The notes under the pieces were generated by a model that worked only from the letters and a program-made list of their open reading frames with translations, made no database searches and was not told the origin of the DNA. A stretch of DNA of 64,000 nucleotides from Vicugna vicugna (Eukaryota), in the NCBI GenBank assembly GCA_013265495.1, contig MU058636.1:8984239-9048238 (forward strand). Direction: 5' to 3'. How positions within the stretch are numbered: the first letter of the stretch is position 1; every line of letters begins with the position of its first letter. Of the stretch, positions 13,018 to 26,875 are shown piece by piece. A program made the position numbers and the translations under genes.

Positions 13018-13330
13018 CTCACCACACCCCTATGAATGCCCATTTTTATTTTTTTCATACACTTAAACCCATCTTTGATTATTATCTGCCTCTTCCAACT
13101 AAAATGCCAGTTTCATGAGGGTAGAGGCATTTATTCGTTTGGTTGTGCTGCATAATAATTTATCTGCAAATCTCTTACCATCTACAAAGGGCATTATGTG
13201 AAACTGCGTTTGCATCAGACCTCCAGAAAGGTCCTATTTCATATTTTTTTTTTATCCCCAGTGCACAGCAGTGCATGACACATGATCAGTGCTGGATGGA
13301 CAGCAGGAGGGTGGTGGACTGGGTGGATAA
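12790..13330 (+). mobile_element. L2 3' region relic containing an (AC)14 microsatellite at 12987-13015
   Basis: tcaaatgccaccttgtcagagaagtctgtcctgac and ccaactaaaatgccagtttcatgagggtagagg resemble the L2 3' consensus. Confidence 0.55.
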
Positions 13331-15184
13331 TACATGTTGCTAGTCGTTTGATTTCTCTATTAGGAAGAGGCACACAGAGATCATAATTATGTGAGCATTC
13401 TGAAGTGTTAGGAAAATGTGCACCCATTTCAGAATTATGAAACTTGTGAGAAAAATAAATGAGAAGATTAAAAATTATTGATATTTAAAGGTCCATTTTT
13501 TTAAGCGAGCATCAAAGTAAAAAAGGGCAAAATATGAATGTAAACTGAAAATTTTGTGAGTAGAACAAATTTCTGTCTTGGAACTGAATCAGATAATTTT
13601 TAAATCAGTTGGTTCATTGCTTTGCAACTCATCTATGTAGCTGGAATCTGGAAGTACCTGTTTCACATAGTATTAGAACAGTCCCCTTTTTTAAGTTGGA
13701 CTGACCGCTTTTTTAAGATTTTATTTTCTCCAGATTCCCTGCTGTGAGAATAAGCACTGTCTCAAGCTAATTATTTCCATGTGTAAAAAAAACATTTAAA
13801 AGGTGTAAGTGTCTAAGAATGATAATATTCTGAATTTTCAATTTAATTTTTAAATTCTAAAAAATTGGTTAATTTCATACTCATTTTCTGCAGTTTCACA
13901 TTCAGCTCATTCAAATGTGCTCGGTAGATCCAAACAATGATAATTAAATGAACCATTGTAACTTTTTTTTTTAAGTTTACTTTCTCTAAAGGGCTAAACA
14001 AGGTCGAGGTTATTGGTTGATGCCATAGTTTCTCAGAACTTTTCCCAGACATCTAGAGAAGAATGAGGTAGCTTTTTGAACTATGGCTTTGAGAAAAGCT
14101 ACTTCATACCAAAAATGTTGTGTGTGCGTGTGTGTGGGCACAAGCTATGTGTGTCAGAAAGAGTCTGAGTGTGTGCGTAACTGTGCGTATTTTCACGCTG
14201 AGAGCACAAGGGTAACATAAGCATTTGGGAATGTTTTTCAAAGGGCCTCACTCCGTTGTGATAAGAACAGAGATTACATGATATTTGCTGTTGACTTTTC
14301 AGTCCTAGTTATAGAGTCTCAGGGTCTCAGGGCAATTCTTTCTAGAGGCACTGGAAGGCACTCCCATTGAAAAGAAAGACAGTTGTTCAAGTGCGTCATC
14401 TAGTAATGTATAAAGAAAAAGATTACTCAACACACATGACGCTTGACTTAGCGGGGCCTAGAGTCTAAAGACTCTAGCTATTAAACTATTACTTATAAGA
14501 GGAGAATTTCTAATGTGTGAATATAGTACTACTTATATCTGTAATGAATTCTCAATTTTTTTACTTATTTATTCAACAAAGATATACTGACCTTGTAAAT
14601 GTGCTAGGACCTGCAGATTTAAAACCAAATGGCAAGTTCAAGATGTTGCAAGTGGTTTCACTTGGCTAGAGAGATGGGTTAGCTTGGGGAAGTAGAGAGA
14701 TGAGGATTGTCAGTTTATGAAGAGCCATGCATGTTCAGCAAAGCGATTTTGAACTTTATCCTGAAAGCTCTAGGGAGCCATTGATGCCATATTAAGCAGT
14801 TACTACGGACATAATCACACTGATGTAGAAAGATCATCATCACAGTAGCATCGAAGAAGCCAGATTAGAGAAAAATGAAAAAAAAAAAAAGACAGAAGAA
14901 GGAGATAGTAATGCAGGGAATAAATGATTACAGCTTGAATTCAAGCAATGGGAATAAAAATGGAGTGGAAAGGAAGGATTTAGAGACGTTAAAGAGGTTG
15001 AATCTAAAAGACTTAGAAAATGAATGAAAGTGGTCTAAGTAGACTAAAGGATGAGAAAGAAGAAAGAATTTAAGATGCACTTCAAGTTTCTAGTTCGGGT
15101 GGCTGCCTTTATGATGGCAACTGGAGGAGAAATGGATTTAAACATAATCTTTAAAGAATATATTAAAGACGGTGATTTATAAAA

Positions 15185-16497
15185 ATCAGCTTTATTGAGT
15201 TACAATGCACATAGCAGACCATTCACTTATTTAAAATGTGTAATTCAGTGGCTTTCATCATGTTCAGAGTTGTGCAACCACCACCACCATCAAATTTAGA
15301 GCTTTTTCATTATCCCAAAAAGAAACACCATACACTCCGGTTGTCATCCTTATTACCCCTCCCCACCTCCCCTAGACCTAGGCAACCATTAACCTACTTT
15401 CTGTATCTGCAGATTTCTCTATTTAGGACACTTAATATAAATGGAGTTACATAATCAACTACATATGTGATCCTTGGTGACTGGCTTCTTTCATTTAGCA
15501 TACTGTTTTCAAGGTTCATCCAAGTTGTAGCATGTATCAGTCCATCATTTCTTTTTATTACTGAAGATGTGTTACTATATAGATATACCACCTTTATGTA
15601 TCTATTCATCAGTTGATGGGCATTTGGATTGCTTCCACCTTTCGGCTATCATGATTAATGCTGCTATGACACCAACATAGAAGTTTTTATGTGGATGTGT
15701 GCTTTCAATTCTCTTGGATATATGCCTAGAGGAGTATTACTGGATCACATTGTAACGTTATGTTTAATCTTTTGTAGAACTGCCAAACAGTGTTTTTAAA
15801 TGGTTGCATCATATTGCACTCCTACCAGCCGTGTATGAAGACTCCAATACCTCCACTTCCTCATCAGCACTGGTTACTTCCTTTTTTATTATAGCCATCC
15901 TAGTGGGTGTGAAGTGGCATCTCATTTTGAACTTGATTTGGGTTTCCCTGCTGGCGAACGACATTGAACATTTTTCTCGTGCTTTCTGGCTATTTGTATT
16001 ATCTTCTTTGGAGAATTGTCTCTTCATAACTTTCGCCCATTTTTCAGTTGGGTTATCTTTCTTTTTATTAATCGGCTATAAGAGTTCTTTATATATTCTA
16101 GATACAAGCCCCTTATAAGATTATGTGATTTGCAAATATGTTCTCCCACTCTGTAGGTTGTTTTTTCACTTTCTTAGTGATGCCCTTTGAAGTACAAAAG
16201 ATTTTAATCCTGATGATGGCCACTTTATTTTTTCTGGCTTGTAGTTTGGGTTTTCACATCTAGGAAACCATTGCCTACTCAAAGCTTACAAATTTTATAC
16301 CTATATTTTCTTTCAAAAGTTTTATAGCTTTACCTCTTACATTTAGGCCTTTTATCCATTTTGAGTTAATCTTTGTATATGGTGTGAGGAAAGGGTCTAA
16401 TGTCATTCTTTTGAATGTGGATCTCTAGTTCTCTCAGCACCATTTTTTTTGAGGAGACGAATTTTGTCCCATTGAATTGTTTTGGCACCCTCTCGTG
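15185..16497 (-). mobile_element. L1MB-type fragment (~1.3 kb, ORF2 C-terminus plus 3'UTR)
   Basis: The minus-strand ORF 15809-16027 gives RETQIKFKMRCHFTPTRMAIIKK, resembling the L1 ORF2 C-terminal RYHLTPVRMAIIKK motif; antisense 3'UTR starts cagctttattgag. Confidence 0.88.
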
Positions 16498-19400
16498 GTC
16501 CTTGCCGATAGTACCAGTGTTGGGCATCTGACCTGAAGATAACTGATCCATAGGCTTGCCAGTGGTAATGAGGTAACCTAAGTTCAAAAAATTCTGCCCA
16601 ATAAGAAAAAACTAAGTCAATGAGATTGCTGCTTCTTGGAAAGTTGAAAAGAGACATGCAAAAAGAATTTAGTAACTGGAAAAAAAACTAAAAGATTATA
16701 AAGAAAAAAAGTATGTCATATAATGATTATGGATGAGTTGAATAAATAAGTAGAAGCTTTAGATAGAGAAAATATAAACAAAGTAGAGAATGATTTGTTT
16801 GCTCTGATAACTGACAGGGAAGTGACAAGAGATCCAGGAAAGGCGGAGCCTAAGAAGGCTGAGTCTTTGTCAAGGCAGAGTAGAGAGGTGATATAGAAAT
16901 CGTTGCTAAAGGTTTTATACAGTATTTTTTTCTCAAATTCCCAGGAACTACTAGACTTTTCCTAGACATAGAGATTTGCTGATCCTTGCAACCAAAATGA
17001 CCACCCATAAGTGTTCTGACTGTTAAATCTATGGGTTCCATTGATTACTGTTAAATGAAGTGAGACAGCTTATGTTAGCAAGTCTAATACATATCCAGCT
17101 TCTAATGGAAGTTGCACAAATGACAATTTCCCTGACCCACTCCTAGACTCTCCTTGTAGGTTTCATGGGCACTGTCTGAATTCTGCAATTATCAGAAATG
17201 GCCCAAGTCACCCTGTTGTAACACAGATGCATGGTAATCTAAATCATAACAAATATATTTGACTCCAAGAGTTAATACTGTAATGAATGTTGTACCAAAC
17301 TTAATGAACAATGGAGCTGGTCCAACTGGCATCTCTCTTCAGATTTCCTATTCATTCACCACTGTATTTTTTTTTAACTTGGAGTTATTTTGCTCACAGA
17401 AAATATTTTGGATCAAATATAAAACTTTTTTTCACTTAATAGGAGAAATCACATTGGAAGGTAATACACATACGATGAATACATGAGTGATCTCACAGAT
17501 ACTATATTAATAGTAATTTCAGACACATATTCTTTCCTTTAAACTAATTGTGATCACTTTTTTGTCTTTGATTTCACAGAAAGTTTAGTCTTTTTTTTTT
17601 TTTAAATTAAGTCTCACTTGTCAGTGGATTACACTTGAGAAGATAAGTCTGGAGCAATGCAGCTTTGCAAGAAGGCAGTAATAGTCAGACGAGAATGATA
17701 GAGATGAAATACAGATTTTAGGCAAAATTCCAGGTAGACCACATTAGCAACATTCCTGAAGACTTGGACTTCATTCAGATTTTTTTTGAATATTGACTTT
17801 GCTTCCAGGATGTAATGCTGTCTAATTATTTTGTTTCTTTACTCCCTGAGATCATTACTGACAATAGAACATAATTTACATGAAAATATAGATTACAACG
17901 CCACAATTAGTGTTTTTGCTAAAATGACATCAACAATAAATCTTGTAGAATAAATAATAATTATAAATTATGAATGTCTTTTCGTTATTCATCTAAACCT
18001 CATTGGACCATCAGCAGAACTTCTGTGTCAGCTGTGGCTCTTTAGTTGTGCTCTGCCCCAAGCTCTGCAAATATTGGGGGACAAATGACAAAATGAAAAA
18101 CAGAAATTTAAGGCAGAAATAAACTAGCGAGTGGGAATGTGATGACTTTTGGTGGCCTTTATGTAAAAAAACAAGAAAAGAGCAAAGCTTGAGATGGGAA
18201 TTTATTTGTGAGACACACTGCACCTGTTCATTCTTCCATGTTAGAAAAATTTTATTTACTTCCTAACTTGCACCCAAAAATGTTAAATCTTTGGCTCAAG
18301 CTACCCACATGTGGGATGCCATTGTCCCTGGAACCTCAAGTGTCTGGTAATTCCCTCATTATTATTCATTTTTTAGATTGTTATAATTTTTTTATATGAG
18401 GGAAATAACCAGAATGTTAAAACAGGAAACCTGTCATGTTTTATCCTCACACAGAAAATATAAAGACTTTACAACAATGAAGTGTATTGCAAAGATATTT
18501 CTTTCCACCTGTTTATTCTAGTTTGAAAGATTTTTATCCTTGTCCTCATAAATAATATTATTTAAGTGTTGAAAAGTTCCAATTTTCCATTTCTTATCCT
18601 TTCTGTTGGGTTTTGTACTCACTGGAAATATATCATGGACTTGACTTTGGCCCAACAAGGGAACATAAAAAATTAGATGATGTTTATAATCCACCCATTT
18701 CCCAAACTGAATATGAGCTTCATGTCTTATTTGTCTTAACATTCCTAGAGCCCAGGACAGTGCTTGGCACATACCAAATGGCCAAGAAGTGTTTGTTGAA
18801 TAACAATGAAAGAAAACATGCAACAGTACCTCATCTATAAGTCATCCTTTCCCCACATCCCCAGCCCCATTCTCAATCTCATTAGATTGAAGAATCCAAA
18901 AATGTTGAACCTGCTTAGAGTCAGAGAGACAGCCCCATAAAAGGAGGATTTGGTAGAAACTTGGAGAAACCCCTCCATGTATATCTCCTACCCCCACCAG
19001 GGAACAGATCAGTCTCAGACAAGGTTCAACAAGGATGAAGCAGATTTATCAATTTTCCATGCAGACAGCTATAGGGCAATTTGGTGATGTGAGTAGGATT
19101 GAGATAATTCCAAGACACTCATGTGACATGACAGCAGCAAATCAACTGGGGACTAGAATAGAGCTTTACTCTCCCAGGACAGTCTGTCCTTGGGGAAAGA
19201 GAATAGTGATGTTTCCTATAAGCAAGGTGTCAGCAAGATACAGTCTTCCCTAGAGGATACTGGTTTCTAACCTTCTGCTATCGCATGCCCCTTCGAAGAT
19301 CTGATGAAGCATCTGATGAAGGTTGGATCCTCTGAAGACTGTTAAAATTTCCTGCAGTGAATGGGAAAGACTGCTGACTTAGAGTATCACAGGACAGCTT

Positions 19401-22400
19401 GGCACCTTTACCCTTCAACACAGAAATAGAATATTGTCAAACTCTTATATGTGAGGCAAAGCTTTTAGAAATACTAAGTTGATGACTCTTTACTGGTCCC
19501 CTAGAAAGGAAGAAATAGAAAGGAAAGGGAAAGAAAAAACAAGCATGTGGTGGATTCTAATTATAAATCATTAAGGTGGGCGGGGCAAAGCCTGGCACCC
19601 ACAATCCTTTGCTGGTAGGGAAAAAGTATTTTCCATGAGAATTCTTAGGGCATTTACCTGGGAACATCTGGACTTGCTCCACCCCATTACTCTGCCCATC
19701 CCAAGGGGAATGACTTGATCAGAGTGATGAGTTTGGTAAGAATAAATCAAGCATGCCCTATCTCTTCTCCCTGGGAGCAAATCTAGAAGCAAGCTGGTCC
19801 CCGGTGATGAGGCCAGTTCTACACTTCTTTTATGGCTGCATCTTAATTTGTGCAGAACCTTTTAGGGGAAGGAGCCATTTGCTGGTTCCCCTTAGAGACC
19901 TCCGTTACTTGGTACAAAGTGGAAACCTTATCATTGATTCGCTGATGGGCACATGTTCTGACGTGAAGCAAATCTCTGAGACATCTCAGGATTATTCTCA
20001 GAGAATCATTGCCAGGAGGAATTTTGGGCATGTCCCACAGAATTTTTAAAATTATGTAAATTAAGTTGATTCTATTTTAAATTTAAACATAATCTTGTAT
20101 AGAAATTAATAATGAGAAAAAATGATCAATAGTTCCATGTTTAGAAAACTTTGATTAAAAACCACTTTAGAATGTATTCAGAGCAAGAAACAATTTATGA
20201 TGGACTAGAGCCAAAACCTTCTAATTAATATATATTTGTTCTATAATAATATGCCCTATTGTGGTTGTCATTGTCATTGCTGTTTTCTCAACATTTACTA
20301 GTCAGGATTTTTTTTTTCTACTGGTACAAGGCTGATTAAATAAATATTTATCAGAGAGATAAATGATAGTCCGGCAAAGCTAATCTGTTTCTCTCAAGTG
20401 CAATTGCTGAAATAAAGCTCTGTGAATCATATAACATCCAAAAGCCCAGGCTAAATAAGGATTACCTTTTTTGTAATCTTTGAGATTTGTAATAAATTTA
20501 AACCGCACGCATATCAACATAGACTTTACTTAAAGGAATTTCAACAGTGTTCAAAGGGATTGCCCATTTAAAGCGCAGGTGGCTAGTGAACACAAAGACA
20601 TGCCAATGTGCGTCCAGCTCTTTGGGAGACTGCCGATGTCTGGCTGGTCGTCTACTCCGAACGGTTTGTCATTAAGAACAAGTTGAGCAGGTCAGGCCAC
20701 TCTCCATCAATGCATGTTATCAACACAGACCTATTAAACTTTAACTCCACATTACGAGACTTTGGTGGCTGAGAACACTGAGGGTAGTGTAATACAGGAA
20801 ATGCATTTTCAGAATAGTTACCAGCAGGTATTTGGTAAATAACGTTTGTGTCTGCTCTAACACAGTTGAGTGATAAGACATATGAGACAAACATTGATTA
20901 TCTTTTTTATAGAAAACTCTAAGTGTAATTCCAAATGAGGCAAAACCTATATACAATAAAAATACCACTTATTTTTAACATACTTTGCTAATCTGAATAC
21001 ACTACATGTCCCTATCGAGGAGACAGGGAAGTCTTTAATCCACATTAATTAATTAATCCACATGTTGCTATTAAATCATCATCAAAACTACAGATAGGTA
21101 TTTATATTTGATATGAATTTATTAGTCTCTAAAAAATATAAAATATCTTATCATGTAAAATTTTAACCAAATTTGAGTTAACTCAGATACAGTCATCAAT
21201 AAAACTGTTTTATTTCTATTTAATTTATTAAAAAACAGTCAGTGAAAATAATTTATTCTGCCAGTCTGATTTCTTAAATGCAAATTTAATTGAACAAAAT
21301 TAAAGTTTTAAATCTATTGAAAATAAATTTACGTTTTGGTTAGCTATCTGATGGTTCTGAATACAACTTAAGTGACAGAATTACAAAAGTTCATTGCAGT
21401 TAACCCTAAAAACTGTAAGGAATAGATGAAAGAGGGGAGAAGTGGATTCTGAGGCCACAATCTTTCCCCTAGGTTATTGCAACTAATAATCTTGTTTTTC
21501 TCTCTTTTTGTTTTTTTAATGACAAGGAGCCTAAGCATCCAGAAGCATGGATTATACTGCTTGAGCTCATTAAGTAGAATTTTGTTTTTAAGTCAATTAG
21601 GAACCCTCAGAGACATTCTATAAGGAGAAGCATATTCCAGAAACACCTCAGAAAGCTTCATGTAGATCAATCAGATGGAAGGAAAAAGTAGGGAGCTGGG
21701 AAAATGATGTCAGATGTCCACGTTTTCGATCCAAAGCCATTCCATGGCTCTACTTTCTACTGTCAGCATTCAAGACGCACAGAAGCAAACACCTGGCTCT
21801 TCTTCCCTTTTCATAAAAGAGTGAAAATTCACTTTTTTAGATGAATTTATTTATTTAAATTTGAAAGATTTCTTTACTCCAACAGATCCCAGGCTATGTG
21901 GTACAAATATTTTAAATTATCTTCAACATATTTCTGCTTTCTGAGCTTAACAAGATGCAATCATATGAACCATATGATCTTCTCCTTTCTTCCTTAGATG
22001 AGAAAAATCAAAATAGAAACTCTTATTTTCCAATGAAGTTCATCAAAAACATCGACAAGAGAAAACAATTTTAAGGATGCATAGCCAATAATAGGTGTAG
22101 ATAACACTTATTCGTGACTTTATCTGTATTAGAGGAAAATTCAAAACATTCAAGATAAAGATCATATTTCTGATTTTGGTTTGGGGGTTATTTTTTGTAA
22201 CTCTGAATGTAAATTTTGCCACTGAGTAAATTATTTTCTTCAACTCAATCATAAGAATATTAAATGCTATATTGGGCTCTACGAAAACATTTTTCTGGAT
22301 GAATTAAATTAACTCCCAGCTTCTAAAATATTTAAACATCTGCTTAGAGATAATGTGTATAAATATCATGTTTTATCTTATTATGTGAGTATCAAGATAT

Positions 22401-22830
22401 TTGATTGAAAATATTGTTTTCCCTGTCTCAATATGTCAAGTAAACCACTTAATGGGTTCATTAATTCAATTATTAATTAACCCAATCATTAAAAAGAAAA
22501 TGTTTTTCACTAGAATAAAAGATGTAAGTAGAAAATTTTTTCTTTTATATCAAAGTAAAACCCTATTCTGTAAATGCCTAGGGCTTCAGCATGTAACAAT
22601 ATTCAAAAAATAGTTAAAAATCAGTAAGTCAGGAGAACCAACAGTTAGCTAAGCATGGCCCCTCCCCTGGTGAAATTTTCAAGCTAGTGGTAGAACTGAC
22701 AGGCACGTAGACATTATGGGTGCATTTACATGCCATGGGAATATGTTAAGCAAGATTATGACACAAATCAACTGTAAGAATCTCAGATATAACCTGGCAT
22801 ACGTGTCTGCTAATTCAGTAACTGTTTATT

Positions 22831-23107
22831 TATTTATTTATTTTTACTGATGTACAGTCAGTTACAATGTGTCAATTTCTGATGTGCAGCACAACGTCCC
22901 AGCCATATATAGACATACATGTATTGGTTTTCCTATTCTTTTTCATTAAAGGTTATTATTACAAGATATTGAATATAGTTCCCTGTGCTATGCAGAAGAA
23001 ACTTGGTTTTTTTTTAATTCATTTTTATATATAGTGGCTAAAATTTGCAAATCTCAAATTCCCAAACTTATTCCTTCCTACCCGCCTTTCCCCCATAACC
23101 GTAAGAC
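22831..23107 (-). mobile_element. Truncated camelid-type L1 3' end inserted into an L2 tail
   Basis: (TTTA)n tail; ttacaatgtgtcaatttctgatgtgcagc..ccctgtgctat; 16-bp TSD tcagtaactgtttatt (22815-22830) / tcagtaactatttatt (23108-23123). Confidence 0.85.
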
Positions 23108-24729
23108 TCAGTAACTATTTATTGATTTGTGCTATATGTCAAGCAACGTGCTTGACCTTAGTGATACAACAATAAATTGATAAGGTTTTATAATCCAAAG
23201 AGCAATCAAGGTTAGTTTATATAATTATATTCAAGTTTCACCTCTTGCTTTTTTTTAGGCTCATGTAGATTGAGAGGGAATTCACCTTGTTGTGAATTTT
23301 ATCTCCTAGTTATTTAGTTTGCATATTGAGGGTAGACATCAGTGCCCACTGACTCTTCAAATTATAACAAGTATTTGTTGATCTTTAAGATACTCACCAT
23401 CTGATAGTAGTAATGAGTAATTAAATAAACACAAAGTGACAAGGCTCTAATAGAAATATGCTCAAGTACCACTGGATATTAGAGGAAGACACAGATAAGT
23501 ATTCCAGGGAGGAGAAGATACTGGACAATAGTTTTGAAGATGAGTGTATGCGTCCTAAGCAAAGAAGAGAATGCCAAGCATAGGGAAAAATGAGAGCCTG
23601 CTGGGTTCGGTCTGGTGATTTACAGCACAGAGTTCAGGGGGGAGAGTGGAAAGGGAACAAGATGACGTGTTTTTAAAGAGCGTATTTTTTACTGTGAGAA
23701 ATATATCTGAACTGAATTATCAATCAAGAACTCTTTTATAATCTGACTCAAGAACCAAACATCCACTTTCTCCTTTTATGTCAAGCTTTTTCACACACAC
23801 ACACAAAATTTATCATTTAAGGCATTCTATTTTAGTCAATGCTGGTTGGTCAATGCTGGTTAGAAAGAATGTAACAATCATCCTTAATATGTTTTTCAAT
23901 GAAAAATTTTTATTAATTCAAGATATTTTGAAGTATCTGCTCTGTCCCAAGCAAAATATACAGGCCTATGGAAACACAAGAGGTAAACAGGATACAGTCT
24001 ACCTTCTTAATTGGGAAACAAAGGTGATCCAACATAATTACATACAAATATGACATGTGCTCTCTGATAAAAATAAGGGAATTTAGGGGGAGCAGAGATG
24101 TGGTTACCCCAGGGAAAATCTAAGGTACTTAACAGAAAGTAATATTTTCTTTGTCTTTAAAGAATGATTAAGGACTTGCCAGAAAGAAAACTAAGAGGAA
24201 ACTGTTCTAAGCAGAGGGATAAAGATAAACGATGTCTTCTAGCTTTAAATGTTCCTGGCAAACATTTCTCTGCCCTAGTTTTGTACGTTAATTAAAATAT
24301 TTTTAAATTTAAGAAAGTGATATTTTTATAAACATGTATGCTCATTACAAATGTCTATTTTACTAGATTTTTATATGCAGCCAACTAGATACCATACTTT
24401 TGAAAAATGTTACTTATGAAATAAACATATTCCAAACATCAAAACCAGTGGACCTAATTTTCATTCCTCCAACATATCCTGGATGTGTTTCCTCTACTCA
24501 GAAAGCCTCTCTTAATATTGCTGTTGACAAAAGCAAATTAACATTTAGAGTAAAACAAAACCAGAATGGGAGACTGAGAAGCCAGACCGTTTCAATCTAA
24601 AAATTCCTTTCCAGTGTTTCTCCAAATTGCATGGTTTGGAACAGCTCAATAATACACATTTGGATAAGATTTCTCTCCCTTTCGCTTTAACAATTCTAGC
24701 ATCCCACTCTTTTACAAGTACAAATTTTT

Positions 24730-24870
24730 ACTAAGGTGTACTTTGCATGTAGTGAAATTTGAAAGTCTAAATGTAATTGTTGACGAGTTTTGACAAATAT
24801 AAAATCCATGTAACCCACACTCTAAACAAATCAAATATTTCTGTCACCCAGAAAGTTCCCTCTTCTCTCC
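24730..24870 (-). mobile_element. Old L1 (L1MB/L1ME) 3' end fragment
   Basis: gagttttgacaaatataaaatccatgtaaccc..tctgtcacccagaaagttccctc. Confidence 0.6.
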
Positions 24871-26476
24871 ATGTATAGAAATTTATATTAATCATTTTTG
24901 GTGTCTTTATCCTTATACATTACTTTTATAACCTGCAATGTCAAGTACACAGGAAATCCAGTCTCTGCCCAAAGGGAATGACGTTTAAATACATATGCAA
25001 GCATAAGCTAATAATTTAAATTCTGTAAATACAGCAGTAATTTTAGCATGACATAGATACCAAAACATCATCATCACTAAAAACACCTAGTAAGTATTTT
25101 TATCAGAGAAAGAATAGACATAACTATATTTATATGAGTAAGTCACCAAACCAAAATAAGATTAATACCAAATATAAAACCCACATAATAGCCATGCTGT
25201 ACATAGACCTTAGAGTAAATACTTTATGGAAGAAATGAGATTTCAGCAGAGTATTATACAAGGAGGAAAATATAGAGAATATCAAGAAGTCACGTAGAAG
25301 CCATGAAGGAAGAACGCTTATGGGTGATGTGTGTGTGTGTTGGGGGCAAGTTGAAGATGGAACAGAGTGTAATTTGTGAAACATGGGGCATTAATAATTG
25401 CTTAATAAAAACAGTGCTTCCATGAGTTAAAAAAGATCAGAGAATTCATCGAGTAACTGCTGTGTAAAAATGTCTTGAATTTCTAAGTAAATTCCTGAGA
25501 CACACAGATCTCATGTGAACTGTGGTACAAATGCTATTGATGTACAAGATTTTTGTCCTAATCTTTGTAATATGATTAGCTGACAGTTGATTGGGGGTAA
25601 CTATTTTGACCTTCTGCCCTTGGATGATTCTCACTATTAATAGATACAATAACATTTATTACAAATGCCCTTCAAGATGCTAAGAAGATGGCATGTCTCA
25701 AAGATGACAACAAAGAAACAAAAAACCTCTAAGTGTTTGCATCACTTACTGTTATGCTATTAAATTCTTGCCACAACTGCAATTATAACTTCATAGTGAC
25801 CTGAGAAATTTGTACTTGGACTTTTTTGCCTGTGTCTTTGAATTCATTTTTATTTATCTTTCAAATGAATATGATCTGTCTCCCCAGTTAGTCTGTAAAT
25901 TCCCTAATAGCTTGAGCCCACTTCTCTACACTGTAAACATTCAATAAATGTTAAGGACTGAATGATTTTTGATGGCCACATATAATACAAACTTCACATG
26001 CTTCCTAGAAACACACAGTGGATACAAGTCTTTCTTCATTACTCTTTAAGTATATGCATAAGACTTTTTTATAAAAATATGAGAAATTGTATTTATTAAG
26101 TTTAGGTATGTATTTACAATTTTTTATTATAAATCTCTAGAAAGCAGTGACTGACCCTATATTTAGTTTTATTTATCAAGTAACTAATGGGACATAAGGC
26201 TTCAGTAGAGACTTAATAATGTGTTAATGTGTTCTGAGTTAATGAGCGTGCTGTATAGCCGGGATGCAGTATTATGAGCAGAGTGAGCAGGCTTTTAACA
26301 ACTGTTCTTAATTGGGAGAAATAAGCACTTTTGAAAAAAATCTTGTGTTTTAAATCAGTACAATATAGAACTATAAAAAGACAAAAGGACAAAAAACAAA
26401 ACAAAACCCCACACTAAAGGCAATATATAAGGATTAGGGGCAGGTAATTTAATGTAAAAACTGAAGTGTTTCTGGA

Positions 26477-26875
26477 TGTAATGGCCTTTTGATGTCTACT
26501 GGGCTAAGCTACAATGCCCAATTATTCAAACAAACATTAATCTAGTTGCCCTGAAAGTATTTTGTAGATGTAATTAAAGTTCATAATCAGTTGACTTTGA
26601 GTAAATAATCTGGGTGGGACTGATTCAATCAGTTGACAGGCCTCGAGAGCAGAGCTGAAGCTTGCATAAAGAAGAAACTCTACCTATGGATAGCAGCTTC
26701 GGCTCCAGAGTTCCAGCCTGACTGTCCTGACAACCTGCCTTATCCATGGGCGACTTGCCTACCATCCCCGTGACTACATAAACCAATTCCTTGCAATACA
26801 ATATATATATTGCATGCAATACAATATATATCTCCTACTGCTTCAACTTCTCTGACTGAACCCTTTTTGATACCA
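26477..26875 (+). mobile_element. MLT2-type ERVL solo LTR
   Basis: gctacaatgcccaattattcaaacaaacattaatctag..aatcagttgactttgagtaa..tgggtgggactgattcaatcagttga..ccaattccttgcaata..gaaccct; related to 1279-1661. Confidence 0.75.

Noticed and set aside
15236..16657. Cluster of short ORFs as a gene
   Set aside because: Fragments and antisense frames of a decayed L1 ORF2/3'UTR.
19299..19321. Repeated CTGATGA resembling snoRNA C/D boxes
   Set aside because: It is a 12-bp tandem duplication (atctgatgaag x2) inside a probable hAT relic, lacking terminal stem and proper box spacing.
1279..26875. Two same-orientation MLT2 LTRs as the ends of one provirus
   Set aside because: They are 25 kb apart, clearly diverged, and no gag/pol remnants were seen between them; independent solo LTRs.
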